The notes under the pieces: model-generated | Databases searched by the model: none | What the model saw: only the letters and a program-made list of their open reading frames with translations | Told to the model about the DNA's origin: nothing | NCBI GenBank assembly: GCA_049314455.1 | Contig: JBMOFC010000007.1 | Coordinates: 631-64,630 of the forward strand | Length of the DNA stretch: 64,000 bases | From: Chthoniobacterales bacterium | Lineage (GTDB): Bacteria > Verrucomicrobiota > Verrucomicrobiia > Chthoniobacterales > UBA6821 | Direction: 5' to 3' | Position numbers and translations under genes: made by a program | Part shown: piece after piece, positions 53,268 to 63,363 of the stretch | Position numbering within the stretch: position 1 is the stretch's first letter | How the letters are laid out: every line of letters starts with the position of its first letter

Positions 53268-54121
53268 ATGATCTTCCCTTACACTCCGTATATTGCCTTG
53301 CTGCTCAGTGTTCTCTCCTTGTGGATTCCTTGCAAAGGTAGGATCTCATACTGGCAGATTTTTTTATTTCTTGGGCTTTGCTGTGGCGTTCTAACTCATG
53401 GAATCACCCTGTGGGGAGCGATGGTACTTGTTCTGGTTTATTTGCTGGTTGAAAAATATCAGAATTCTTCTTCAACGATCAAAAATATTTTATGGGGAGT
53501 CCTGCTATTGATTGGACTTATCCTGCTGATGCGACTCTCTCCTGTTGCTTTATTTTATAATCTTCCCGTTCTCACAAAAATCCAATTCACGCCAGATGCA
53601 ATTCCCTTTAGTCTCTCTTTTCATTTTGAAGGAGTAGCCATAGGAGTGATCATTATTGGCCTCACCCTAAAAGTGATCTCAACCTTAGAAGAGTGGAAAC
53701 AGCTGCTTCTGCAGGTTTTTCTAAGAGTGCCTGTGATGATTGTTGTCCTCTTAGCTTTGTCCTTGGCGCTTGGTTTTGTCAGATGGTATCCAAAGAATCC
53801 ACAGCATCTTGTTCTCTGGATGATGAGTAATCTTTTTTTTACCTGTGTGGCGGAAGAAGGTTTCTTCCGTGGTTTTTTTCAAGAATTTTTAACTAAAACA
53901 TTCCCTGCGCATCGCGTGATAGGAGTGGTCATTCCTGCGCTCTTTTTTGGAGTGATTCATTACCGAGGAGGTCCTGCTTATATGTTTTAGCGGCAGTAGC
54001 AGGGATGCTCTATGGTTGGGTCTATCACGTAACAAAACGAATTGAAGGAAGCATGCTTACTCATTTTTTATTAAATCTGACACATCTTCTTTTATTTACC
54101 TACCCTGCGCTTGCGCGTTAG
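53268..54121 (+). pseudogene. CPBP (CAAX-type) intramembrane protease, frameshifted near the 3' end
   Basis: The 53268-53990 frame carries EEGFFRGFFQ and FFGVIHY motifs and ends ...GGPAYMF*. A different frame, from about 53978 to 54121, encodes the missing last helix pair LYVLAAVAGMLYGWVYHVTKRIEGSMLTHFLLNLTHLLLF (H...N motif). Confidence 0.7.
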
Positions 54122-54253
54122 TTGAGTTAAATGGACTTACCTATTGAGCAACCTTCTTTTAAAAATTTTCTGATTAAAATATTCTTCTTTTTATTGATGA
54201 TGGCAAACATTCTTAACGTCTTAGAAGAGACCGTGTGGCAGTGTTTATAAGCA

Positions 54254-54850
54254 TCAATGCCTCGCAAGCCATACAGTGGCTCCACCACACTGCTCATCTT
54301 CTACTTGATGCGCGATGAGTTCAAATCCATGCGATTTCAGTAACTGCTTGTACTCATCAGGAGAGAGTGATGCATGATAAAGGTCCTCGCCTCCATTATC
54401 ACTCCACACTTCGCCAGCCTCAGATCCTGTAGTGAAGAGCAAAGCGCCACCATCCTTGAGATGCATTGCAAAAATGTTAAACATCGTGCGCTGATCTTCG
54501 TGAGGTAAATGAAAAAGACTATGCCAAGCGATGATGAGATCAAATTGTTCCTTCAAATTGAAGTTGCGCATATCGCCGAGGATAAATCTCGTTTGAGGAA
54601 AGCGTACTCTTGCGAGGTCAAGGAGCTTGTTGCTCCCATCAATACCGGTAACCTCAAATCCTTGCTCTATCAGGTAAGGAATAATGGGTTCACCCATGCC
54701 GCAGCCCAGATCCAAAACGGTTGCTCTCTTTGGAGGTAAGCCGATTGCTTTATCTAGCCACTCTTTTTCAAACAGATCGCGGCTGCGGTGCTCATCAAAC
54801 CATGTGCTTATTGTTTCATAGGATTGATAAGCAGTGTGTTTGTTGCTCAT
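54254..54850 (-). CDS. Class I SAM-dependent methyltransferase
   Basis: VLDLGCGMGEP motif I, with acidic residue motifs following; 198 aa. Confidence 0.8.
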   Translation of the reverse strand: MSNKHTAYQSYETISTWFDEHRSRDLFEKEWLDKAIGLPPKRATVLDLGCGMGEPIIPYLIEQGFEVTGIDGSNKLLDLARVRFPQTRFILGDMRNFNLKEQFDLIIAWHSLFHLPHEDQRTMFNIFAMHLKDGGALLFTTGSEAGEVWSDNGGEDLYHASLSPDEYKQLLKSHGFELIAHQVEDEQCGGATVWLARH

Positions 54851-55100
54851 GGGGTTAATGTTATAGTGTGTTAAATCGATAAAGGTACGCTATAAGCTGG
54901 ATCTTTTTCCTTATGACTACGTTCTCAGATCTTATGTTATCTTCAGATAGCGCCTCAATCTTCGGCCTTGTCCTAAGAAAAAATTTCAGCGCTTCTAGTG
55001 CGCCCTTTTCAATTTAAAACACTATAAATGACTGTAATTTTTTAGAATATAAACTGTTTTTCTTAGCGATACACAATGTGACTTCATTGATAACACATCT

Positions 55101-55347
55101 TAGCATTTTAAAAAATTCTGTAGCTGCGCATTGTGGCGTCATTCCGGTACGTCATTCTCACGAAGTCGGGAATCGCATTCTCGAGTATCGCTAGCTACAC
55201 TGCGGTTCTGCGGTTGATTCGCTTGCTCCCGCTTGGCTTCACCCCTAACGGGGCTTACCTTCGATAAGTCTGCCCAGCGGCCTTCCCTGCCAGCTACGTT
55301 CTCGTTCCTGACACTACATCGGCTGCAATATTTTTTTAAACGCTCTA
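55101..55347. mobile_element. MITE-like element, second full copy (~247 bp)
   Basis: TAGCATTTTAAAAAATTCTGTAGC...GTCATTCTCACGAAGTCGGGAATC...TCTCGAGTATCGCTAGCTACACTGCGGT...GCTGCAATATTTTTTTAAACGCTCTA. It is collinear with 47131-47373. Confidence 0.8.
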
Positions 55348-55373
55348 GTACGATTTGTTCGACAAAGGTAAGA

Positions 55374-57566
55374 TTACCATTCATCACCAAGATGCTGATC
55401 GTGATTGACTGAAATATCGTCGAACCCACTATAAAAAAGACCTGCGGTAGACAAAGCTTTTTTCGATAGATCGAGATACTCCTCCCCGACCAATTTGACC
55501 CGCACTTCCTTATAAGACGACTTCATCGTTCCCGCTTGATGCACTTTTTTTATTTCGAGTCTCTTGCCTTCATATGAGGCCTCAAAGCGCGTGAGGAGAT
55601 ATTCTCCATCGAGATAACCAAATCCATCTCCAGCGTCTTCATAAAGTGTGCCGCTCGCTTTTCCTTCCGCATCCAGATTGGTTAAGAGAGTGAGGACAGA
55701 GGATGATGCGCCACTGTGTTGGATTACTTCGCCAAGGGGGATAATGGCTCCGGGGCGGATTTTGAGACGAGCTTGGTAGCCATCCTCTTCCACATTTTCT
55801 TCGAGTAAATGTACCTCACGCCATGCTCCCCTGGGTAATGCTAAGGGTTTTGGCATTCCCCAGTACGATTTCTGTGACCATGCTGGAATCACCAAGAGAT
55901 CAGAGCCTAATAGAAAAGCGCGGTCTTCTTTTCGCAGATGTTGATCTTGAGAATCTGCAAAAAAGAGGGGTTGCATGATGAGATCACCCTGCAAAGAGGC
56001 GTAGTAAGCCAAGGTGTAAAGATAAGGAAGGAGCCGATAACGCCGTTCTAAGGAGGTTCGGGAGACGCGTTCTATAGCAGGACCAAAAGACCACGGTTCT
56101 CGTTCGGGGTTACTTACATCGGTATGAGCCCTAGCAAAAGGAAAAAAAGGAGCCATAGAAATCCATTTTCCAAAAAGATCAGGAGTGATTTTTCCAAAGA
56201 AGCCACCCAAATCAGGCCCGCTGAAGGCTTGTCCAGAAAGCCCTAAGTTCAAGCTCATGGGGAGAGACATTTTTAAAAATTTCATCGAAGAGGCATTATC
56301 TCCTGTCCATGTTGCTGCGTAACGTTGTCCTCCAATGTAATTAGCACGCGTGAGGACAAAAGGTCGTTTGGTGGGTGCGCTCTGGAGCATTCCTTCACGA
56401 GTGGCCATGGTCATGAGCATTCCATAGACATTGTGGTACATGGCATGCGGTCCTGCGGGTAAGAGACCACCGCCGCGATGCTGATTATCTTCTGGCATCG
56501 TACCACTTTTTGTTTTGAAAACAGCTGGTTCATTCATGTCATTCCAAACTCCATCCACTCCTTTGGAAATAAAGTCTTCATAATGCTTAGACCACCAGGT
56601 GCGTACTTCAGGAACCGTGAAATCAGGGAAGGTGCACATTCCTGGCCAGACTTCTCCTTGAAACTCTTCTCTTGTTTTTGTAGTGACCCAAGCGCGATGA
56701 CTGCTGCCGCTTTGATAAATAGGATCATGAGGATCGACCTTCACTCCAGGATCAATCATCCAGACGGAGTGAAATCCTTGCTGGTGCAGGTAGTCATTGG
56801 TGGCTTGAGCATCTGGGAAATGTTCAGGATGAAAACTGAAAATGCGATATCCATCCATGTAATGAATATCCATCCAGATGCCGTCACACGGGAGTTTTCG
56901 GCTGCGATATTCATTAGCAATCTCTCGTACTTTGGAATCTGGATAGTAAGAGTAGCGCGATTGATGAAAACCAAGTGCCCATTTTGGAGGGAGCGCCATG
57001 GTTCCTGTGAGGGTTGCAAGTCCTTGTAGAACACCTTGGGGAGACGCTCGATCAATCACGACCACACGGCACGGTCCACCAGCACTTTTGAAAATAATTT
57101 TTTGATGATCTGTTTTTAAGGAAGCCTTCCATGTTGTGTCAAAAAGGATTCCAAAAGCACTTCCATCCTCGCGAACTCCTAGCACCCAAGGATGGGATTG
57201 ATAGAGGCGACGTCCACCGGCTTTTTGATATTTTAAATTGTCGGTATTCCATAGTTCAATATGCTTTCCATTTCGCAAAAGAGGGCCAGTGACCTCTCCC
57301 GTCCCATAGAGACTCACTTTTGGAGGCAACGTGAGCGTCGTAATAGAGAAAGATCCCTTGATGAAAAATTGTGGGCTCCAGCGGTGATGATTTGTTGAAA
57401 GAACAGACTCTGTCGTCTCTACTAAGGGCTTCACAAAAGCAAGCGAGGGTGTTTGATTGGGATCATATCCTTCTGGAACAAAGAGCGTCATTCCGTCGCC
57501 TAGCGCCGAGCAGTTCTTAATACGGAGTTGACGAGATGGCTTTAGAAAATCAAAAAAAGAATTCAT
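55374..57566 (-). CDS. Glycoside hydrolase family 31 (alpha-glucosidase-like)
   Basis: 730 aa with the DGVWNDMNEP catalytic nucleophile region, WTGDN, and typical GH31 length. Confidence 0.88.
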   Translation of the reverse strand: MNSFFDFLKPSRQLRIKNCSALGDGMTLFVPEGYDPNQTPSLAFVKPLVETTESVLSTNHHRWSPQFFIKGSFSITTLTLPPKVSLYGTGEVTGPLLRNGKHIELWNTDNLKYQKAGGRRLYQSHPWVLGVREDGSAFGILFDTTWKASLKTDHQKIIFKSAGGPCRVVVIDRASPQGVLQGLATLTGTMALPPKWALGFHQSRYSYYPDSKVREIANEYRSRKLPCDGIWMDIHYMDGYRIFSFHPEHFPDAQATNDYLHQQGFHSVWMIDPGVKVDPHDPIYQSGSSHRAWVTTKTREEFQGEVWPGMCTFPDFTVPEVRTWWSKHYEDFISKGVDGVWNDMNEPAVFKTKSGTMPEDNQHRGGGLLPAGPHAMYHNVYGMLMTMATREGMLQSAPTKRPFVLTRANYIGGQRYAATWTGDNASSMKFLKMSLPMSLNLGLSGQAFSGPDLGGFFGKITPDLFGKWISMAPFFPFARAHTDVSNPEREPWSFGPAIERVSRTSLERRYRLLPYLYTLAYYASLQGDLIMQPLFFADSQDQHLRKEDRAFLLGSDLLVIPAWSQKSYWGMPKPLALPRGAWREVHLLEENVEEDGYQARLKIRPGAIIPLGEVIQHSGASSSVLTLLTNLDAEGKASGTLYEDAGDGFGYLDGEYLLTRFEASYEGKRLEIKKVHQAGTMKSSYKEVRVKLVGEEYLDLSKKALSTAGLFYSGFDDISVNHDQHLGDEW

Positions 57567-57609
57567 TTTAAAAAATTAACTTTGAGAAAAAGTCTGCCCA
57601 GATAGCCTG

Positions 57610-58542
57610 ATGGCCTTGCTACTCATGAGAACATCTTCTGAAAATTTAAAAAAACAAGATATTAAAAAGTATATTGCTATCACCGGTGGACGTGGTCGCT
57701 TGGCACAGCTTGCAGCAGCTTTTTTACGCAGTGTTGGATACGATGTTGTTCTTTTTTCACGAACAGGGGGAGAAGGATTTCAACGTTTGAACGATCTTTT
57801 AGATCCTGTGGTGATGGCAACTTTTGATGTGGTGATTCATGCTGCATGGAGTACGGTTCCCTTCACCAGTGAACATAATCCAGGGCAAGAAGAGCGCGAG
57901 GATTTACCACTGTTAGAACAATTATTAGAAAGCGTGACTCTTGCTGCAACACATGGGAATACACCTCGATTTTTATTTTTTTCTTCTGCTTCTATCTATG
58001 GAAATACCGGCGGAGAACCTGCAAGCGAAAAAGAGGCTCCACGTCCCATCAGCCGTTATGCGCATGCAAAGCTAGCTGCAGAAAAAATGATTTTTAAGAC
58101 TGCAGCGGATCATGCTTCCTTGCAGCCTCTGATTTTGCGGATCACCAATGTGCTTGGTTTTCTTTCCAACCCAAAATATCCACAGGGGATTCTTCCCAGA
58201 ATGATTGCAGCAGCAGGTACGCAAGAAATGCTTACAATCTGGGGTGATGGACGTTGTAGTAAAGACTATCTTTGGATTGATGATTTTCTCTTGGCATTGC
58301 AAGCAGCGCTAGAAAATCCCATCAGCGGCATCTTCAATGTGGGATCAGGAGAAAATTTCTCCATCTTGGAATTAGCATTTGCAGTAGAGCAGGCATTAAA
58401 TGTTGTTTTATCAGTGCAATACCGTGAGCGCTATGCCTGGGATGTAGCTCATTCTTACGTTGATTCTTCAAAATTTTCTGAGGCTACGGGATGGAAGTCT
58501 CAGAAAAATATTCCAGAAGAAATTAGAAACCTGCTCGCATGA
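57610..58542 (+). CDS. NAD-dependent epimerase/dehydratase (SDR family)
   Basis: ITGGRGRLAQ Rossmann motif and YAHAK catalytic YxxxK. The start may be ATG 57625. Confidence 0.8.
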   Translation: MALLLMRTSSENLKKQDIKKYIAITGGRGRLAQLAAAFLRSVGYDVVLFSRTGGEGFQRLNDLLDPVVMATFDVVIHAAWSTVPFTSEHNPGQEEREDLPLLEQLLESVTLAATHGNTPRFLFFSSASIYGNTGGEPASEKEAPRPISRYAHAKLAAEKMIFKTAADHASLQPLILRITNVLGFLSNPKYPQGILPRMIAAAGTQEMLTIWGDGRCSKDYLWIDDFLLALQAALENPISGIFNVGSGENFSILELAFAVEQALNVVLSVQYRERYAWDVAHSYVDSSKFSEATGWKSQKNIPEEIRNLLA

Positions 58543-59648
58543 AGGATCTTTTTTTATCGCTGCTGAGAGGATGTTTCTTTTTTCCACAGCGGCTTTTTTT
58601 TTGGTGGAAACGATCTGGTATTAAGCGTGCGAGTGCTTCGAAACTGGTGCTTGCTTTGGGTGGTGTTTTACAGAATCGTACGTTCATTCATGGCGGTGCA
58701 GTAAAGCTTCTAGCGTTACGCAATACTTTTCCCATTAATGAAAAAAAATATAATATTCTTTATTTGGTCAGCAGCGCTCAGCCTCCCTTTGCTCAGGATC
58801 TTGTGGAGAAGATACGCCGTCGTGGAATTGCCTTTATTTGGAATCAAAATGGGGTTGGCTATCCTGCATGGGCTGGTCAAGAAACCGAATGGCATAATGC
58901 TCCGATGCGGCGTTTACGTGGGATGGCGGACTATGTGATTTATCAAAGTGCTTTTTGCCGTGACTCGGCTGAGCACTTTCTGGGACCCTGTTCTGCACCC
59001 AGTGAAGTTCTTTTGAATCCGATTGATCTGGATACCTTTTTTCCACTTCCAGAGCGCCCCTCGTTTTCTCCCTTGCGACTCTTGACACTTGGGACGCATG
59101 GTTATGCCGAACGTGTTTTTTCCACTTTGCACTGTTTAAAAAATTTAAGCGACGCTGGATGTGATACCGTCCTGACCATTGCTGGAAAATGTCAATGGCC
59201 TCAAGGTCTCACAAGTGTCCAGCAAGAAATAAGCCGTCTAGGACTTGCCTCGCGTGTGACACTCCTACCTGCCTTTAGTCAAAAAGAGGCAGTGGCGCTT
59301 TATCAATCACATCATATCGTGCTCCATCCAAAATATCTCGATCCTTGTCCTACGGTGGTCATGGAGGCTTTGGCTTCTGGCTGTCCTATCGTCGGTTCAG
59401 CCACCGGAGGGGTTCCAGAGCTTGTTTGCGAGGGATCAGGAGTCTTAATCCCAGCGCCCCTTGATTGGAATAACATGGTGACGCCGACGGGAGCAGCCTT
59501 GGCATCAGGAGTTTTGAAAATCCTTCCTCATTTTGAAATCTACGCTTCTGCAGCACGCAAGCGTGCAGAGGCTCTTTTTGACCAGAAGCGGTGGGTGGCA
59601 CGACACCTGGAAATTTTTGAGTCTTTGCATGGCTGCCAACGTCAGTAA
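58539..59648 (+). CDS. Family 4 (GT-B) glycosyltransferase
   Basis: ...LHPKYLDPCPTVVMEALASGCPIVGSATGGVPELV matches the E-x7-E motif. It has a 4-nt overlap with the epimerase gene. Confidence 0.8.
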   Translation: MKDLFLSLLRGCFFFPQRLFFWWKRSGIKRASASKLVLALGGVLQNRTFIHGGAVKLLALRNTFPINEKKYNILYLVSSAQPPFAQDLVEKIRRRGIAFIWNQNGVGYPAWAGQETEWHNAPMRRLRGMADYVIYQSAFCRDSAEHFLGPCSAPSEVLLNPIDLDTFFPLPERPSFSPLRLLTLGTHGYAERVFSTLHCLKNLSDAGCDTVLTIAGKCQWPQGLTSVQQEISRLGLASRVTLLPAFSQKEAVALYQSHHIVLHPKYLDPCPTVVMEALASGCPIVGSATGGVPELVCEGSGVLIPAPLDWNNMVTPTGAALASGVLKILPHFEIYASAARKRAEALFDQKRWVARHLEIFESLHGCQRQ

Positions 59649-59793
59649 AGGCGCTGTTAGTTGTCTTTTCTAAGAAAAGAAGTTCTATTGGATTGTATGG
59701 ATCTTACAACAGCTTGATTATTTTTAATGGAGGTCAAGTTATTGATACGCTTGCCTACGTTGGTGAGGCAAGTTTCTCTTATATAGCGTATTA

Positions 59794-59880
59794 GAGCATT
59801 TTAAAAAAATCTGTAGCCGCGCCTTGTGGTGTCACTCCGATACTCGCGTCATCGAGTATCTCTTATACACTGCGGGTCTT
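59794..59880. mobile_element. Truncated MITE copy (left end only, hairpin module missing)
   Basis: GAGCATTTTAAAAAAATCTGTAGCCGCGCCTTGTGGTGTCACTCCGATACTCGCGTCATCGAGTATCTCTTATACACTGCGGGTC aligns with the left half of 47131-47373. Confidence 0.75.
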
Positions 59881-60072
59881 TTGGCGGAAGTGACACAGCA
59901 AGTATTTTGGAAGTAGGTAGCATCTCGTTTGGCGATGGAAGTAACGGGGCTATTAATTTTAATCAAACCAATACCTTTACTCTGACCTCTTTCTTTTTCC
60001 CTACAGCCTACAGTCTGTAGTCTGCAGCATTATCTGTTGCTTTAAAACGATGCATTGGTAAACGGACATTCG

Positions 60073-60504
60073 TTATGCCATCAACTGCACAATGGCTCCC
60101 ACAATAACCCCATAAAGCATGTGTGCTAGGAGTTGTGCGAATCCGGTCATAGGCCCTCTTGTGTGGTAGTAGGCAACGGGGTGATGTTCCATGATGGTGA
60201 TGGAAACAAGGAGCATGACGACGACTCCATGAAGTGCTCCCATGAGTAAACCGGTTAAAGCATTAAAGGGAATATGGGAGAAGGAGAGGATGAAATAATA
60301 AACATAGGCAAAAATAATGCCTGATAAAAAATGGAGGATTAATCCTGGAACGAATGAGTGATGTACTTTTCGTGTTAACAGCGTTCCGACTGCTCTGATG
60401 ACGTCAACTTGTCCAAAGCCTAACCACTTTGGCAAGAGGAGTGAAAATGTCATGATTGTGGTTCCAAGAAGACCGCCGAAGAGAGGTGAAAGCAAGGTTT
60501 TCAT
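60073..60504 (-). CDS. Small integral membrane protein (4 predicted TM)
   Basis: 143-aa hydrophobic ORF. I recognised no family motif. Confidence 0.5.
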   Translation of the reverse strand: MKTLLSPLFGGLLGTTIMTFSLLLPKWLGFGQVDVIRAVGTLLTRKVHHSFVPGLILHFLSGIIFAYVYYFILSFSHIPFNALTGLLMGALHGVVVMLLVSITIMEHHPVAYYHTRGPMTGFAQLLAHMLYGVIVGAIVQLMA

Positions 60505-60557
60505 TTGGTTACGCTAAAAGATGTTTAATAATGATCCAAGATCATTCTTAAGATTTC

Positions 60558-62717
60558 CTAATGAAATCCCAAAAAATGTCCTCCCTGATAGACCAGTAGC
60601 GAGGCCAGATAAGCCGCTCCTGTCATATAGCAAAACTGAAAGAGTGGCCAACGGAGGCTGTTGGTTTCACGACGGACGACCGCCAAGGTGCTCATACATT
60701 GCATTGAGAGGACAAAGAAAACAAGAATAGAGAGGCAGGTGAGGGGGGTGTAAACAAGCGTTCCATTGGGACGTTTTTCTTGGAGTAATGTGGTGCTGAG
60801 TGAGGAAGGATTTTCTTCATCACGTTCCACATGGTAAATAATAGCCAAGGTACTGACAAAAACTTCGCGCGCTGCTTGTGCTGCTACAAGGCCAATGCCA
60901 ATTTTCCAATCGAAGCCGAGTGGTGCAATCGCTGGTTCAATAAAATGACCCAAACGTCCTGCATAGCTATGCTCGAGTTGAGTCGCTTTTTCAGAGGTCG
61001 CTCTCATTTCCATCCCGATATGGTTCTTCGCAGCATTAGTAGAATTTGAAGATAGGTTCTTAGGGAAGCTTGCCAAGAACCAGAGCAATATCGAAATCCC
61101 CAAGATGACGGTGCCAGCTCGTTTTAAAAACATACCTGCGCGTTGGATCATTTGTAGCACTACCTGTTTGAATGCTGGGCAGCGGTAAGGAGGAAGCTCC
61201 ATTAAAAAAATAGGAGTCTCTCCGCGCAGGAGTGTTTTTTTAAAAAACCACGCAAAGGCGAGCGCTGCAAGGGTTCCAAAAAGATAGAGCCCCATCATGA
61301 GAGCTCCTTTGAGCCAAATGGAAAGAGTGCCTGCCGGAAAAAGAGCTGCAATCATCAGTGCGTAGACAGGGAGCCTTGCAGAGCAGGTCATCAGCGGTGC
61401 CACAAGAATCGTGACCAAGCGATCTTTGGAATTTTCGATCGTACGGGTGGCCATAATGCCGGGAATCGCACAGGCATAGGAGCTCAAGAGTGGGATGAAA
61501 GATTTTCCGTGGAGCCCTACCTTGCTCATCACACGATCCATGAGGAAAGCGGCACGGGCCATGTAGCCTGTGTCTTCGAGCAGTCCGATGAAAAAGAAAA
61601 GAACCAAAATCTGTGGTAAAAATGTCACGACTCCACCAATGCCGGCAATGATACCATCGGAAAGAAGATCTCGCAAATCCCCTGCAGGCATGCTTTCTCT
61701 AACCAGGTTTCCCAAGAACCCGAAGGTTGCTTCGATCCAAGACATCGGATAGGCAGCAACCACGAAAATGGAGAGGAACATCAGCCCCATGATCCCCAAG
61801 AATCCAAACCAGCCCCATAACGGATGAGTCAAGATTTCATCCAGATGATGTGTGACGGCGTTACGTGTCATGCTGCCACAGTCCTGAGCTGCTTGGCAAA
61901 GCTCCCCGATGCGTTCGTAGCGTGCAGAAACAAGAACTTCACGCCAGGAGGGTAACTCACGATCGAGCATGCTGCGTTGTGCTAGCGCGATACCAAGAGC
62001 CGCGCCTGCCTTCATCTCTTTTGCTAAAAGTTCTATTTCAGAATCAGGTGAAGCCAATAGAAGAAGTGCCTTCATGCGCACTAGAGGATCACGCTCGGCT
62101 GTTTTTTCTTCATCATGAGCCCAAATAGCGGCAACACCATCAATGGCACGAAGCAAGGTAGAAGGAAGTTTCAGTGACCAAGAACTACGTTTGATTTCAG
62201 CGCGACTGAGTGCAAGTTTTAAAGGAAGTAATGTTTCCTTATCTGTGGCTTTGCAAGCAATCACAGGAACCTCTAATTCTTCAGAAAGTTTTTGAATATT
62301 GATGGTGATACCTTGCGCTTCGGCAAGATCGATCATATTCAAGGCAATCATAGTGGGAAGCCCCAGTTCGAGGACTTGCGTGATGAAATAGAGATTGCGC
62401 TCCAAGTGAGAAGCATCGACCACGCAAAGAATACGATCTGGCCGTGGTGTGTCGCTGCGCAATCCCAGTAAAACATCACGAGTCACCCGCTCATCGGGCG
62501 CATGAGCACTCAGACTGTAGCTTCCAGGAAGATCGAGGAGTTCGATTTTTTCACCATGTTGTCCAATAAAGCTTCCCAGCTTTTTTTCTACAGTGACACC
62601 AGGATAATTGCCGACTTTTTGTCGCAAGCCAGTCAGTGCATTAAATAGGGTGGTTTTGCCACTATTAGGATTGCCAACGACAGCATAATGTTTGGGGCGG
62701 TTCATCGTTTCTTTCAA
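60558..62717 (-). CDS. feoB: Ferrous iron transporter FeoB
   Basis: N-terminal G-domain VVGNPNSGKTTLFNALTG, DLPG and a large polytopic membrane domain; 719 aa. Confidence 0.93.
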   Translation of the reverse strand: MKETMNRPKHYAVVGNPNSGKTTLFNALTGLRQKVGNYPGVTVEKKLGSFIGQHGEKIELLDLPGSYSLSAHAPDERVTRDVLLGLRSDTPRPDRILCVVDASHLERNLYFITQVLELGLPTMIALNMIDLAEAQGITINIQKLSEELEVPVIACKATDKETLLPLKLALSRAEIKRSSWSLKLPSTLLRAIDGVAAIWAHDEEKTAERDPLVRMKALLLLASPDSEIELLAKEMKAGAALGIALAQRSMLDRELPSWREVLVSARYERIGELCQAAQDCGSMTRNAVTHHLDEILTHPLWGWFGFLGIMGLMFLSIFVVAAYPMSWIEATFGFLGNLVRESMPAGDLRDLLSDGIIAGIGGVVTFLPQILVLFFFIGLLEDTGYMARAAFLMDRVMSKVGLHGKSFIPLLSSYACAIPGIMATRTIENSKDRLVTILVAPLMTCSARLPVYALMIAALFPAGTLSIWLKGALMMGLYLFGTLAALAFAWFFKKTLLRGETPIFLMELPPYRCPAFKQVVLQMIQRAGMFLKRAGTVILGISILLWFLASFPKNLSSNSTNAAKNHIGMEMRATSEKATQLEHSYAGRLGHFIEPAIAPLGFDWKIGIGLVAAQAAREVFVSTLAIIYHVERDEENPSSLSTTLLQEKRPNGTLVYTPLTCLSILVFFVLSMQCMSTLAVVRRETNSLRWPLFQFCYMTGAAYLASLLVYQGGHFLGFH

Positions 62718-62725
62718 CAGCTATT

Positions 62726-62971
62726 TCATGATGAAGATGTGTTCTTTTTTTCTACCAGAATGGTTGCTGCTTCACTATGACGAAGACTAAGACTATAGCC
62801 ACGCAGCCTGATTTCAAGAGGATCACCAAGGGGCGCGCGACGCACAAAAGTGATGGCTGTACCGGGCAAGAGCCCCATTTCACGCAGGCGCGTAGCCACA
62901 CGTTCCTCCTCGGGCAATTGCAGAACAATGGCTTCCTCTTGGGGTTGTAACTCAGAAAGGGAAAGGCTCAT
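62726..62971 (-). CDS. feoA: FeoA family protein
   Basis: 81 aa with an SH3-like FeoA pattern (RLREMGLLPGTAITFVRRAPLGDPLEIRLRGYSLSLR). Confidence 0.85.
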   Translation of the reverse strand: MSLSLSELQPQEEAIVLQLPEEERVATRLREMGLLPGTAITFVRRAPLGDPLEIRLRGYSLSLRHSEAATILVEKKNTSSS

Positions 62972-63237
62972 GAATTTTCAGGAGATGAGGAAAGCATAGA
63001 TAAGAACGGCTTAACCCAAATTTTCTTAGCTAACTTACGGCTCAGTGCTAGTCGTGTCCCACAAACATGACAAATCATCTGACCTCCACGACTCAAGAGA
63101 CGAATTTCCGCTTTTTCACAAAAACCGACTTCGCGCAGGCGTCGGCAGACTTGTTCATCAGCATCAAGTCGCTCTACCGACAAGATGGGCCCTGCTTCTG
63201 CTTCTGAGAGTGGGGTGAGGAATGCACTAGAACTCAT
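62968..63237 (-). CDS. FeoA-like protein (second copy)
   Basis: 89 aa reading RRLREVGFCEKAEIRLLSRGGQMICHVCGTRLALSRKLA. It has a 4-nt overlap with feoA. Confidence 0.7.
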   Translation of the reverse strand: MSSSAFLTPLSEAEAGPILSVERLDADEQVCRRLREVGFCEKAEIRLLSRGGQMICHVCGTRLALSRKLAKKIWVKPFLSMLSSSPENS

Positions 63238-63363
63238 AGAGGCCCCACATCATAGAAGGAAGAAGGAGCTCATGCAATACTTCGTGATTGCTAACCTGTG
63301 TTGTCTCAAAAACTCTTTAACTTAGCGCCATTCAAGCCTGACCTTTTTTTTCATTGCTTAGAT

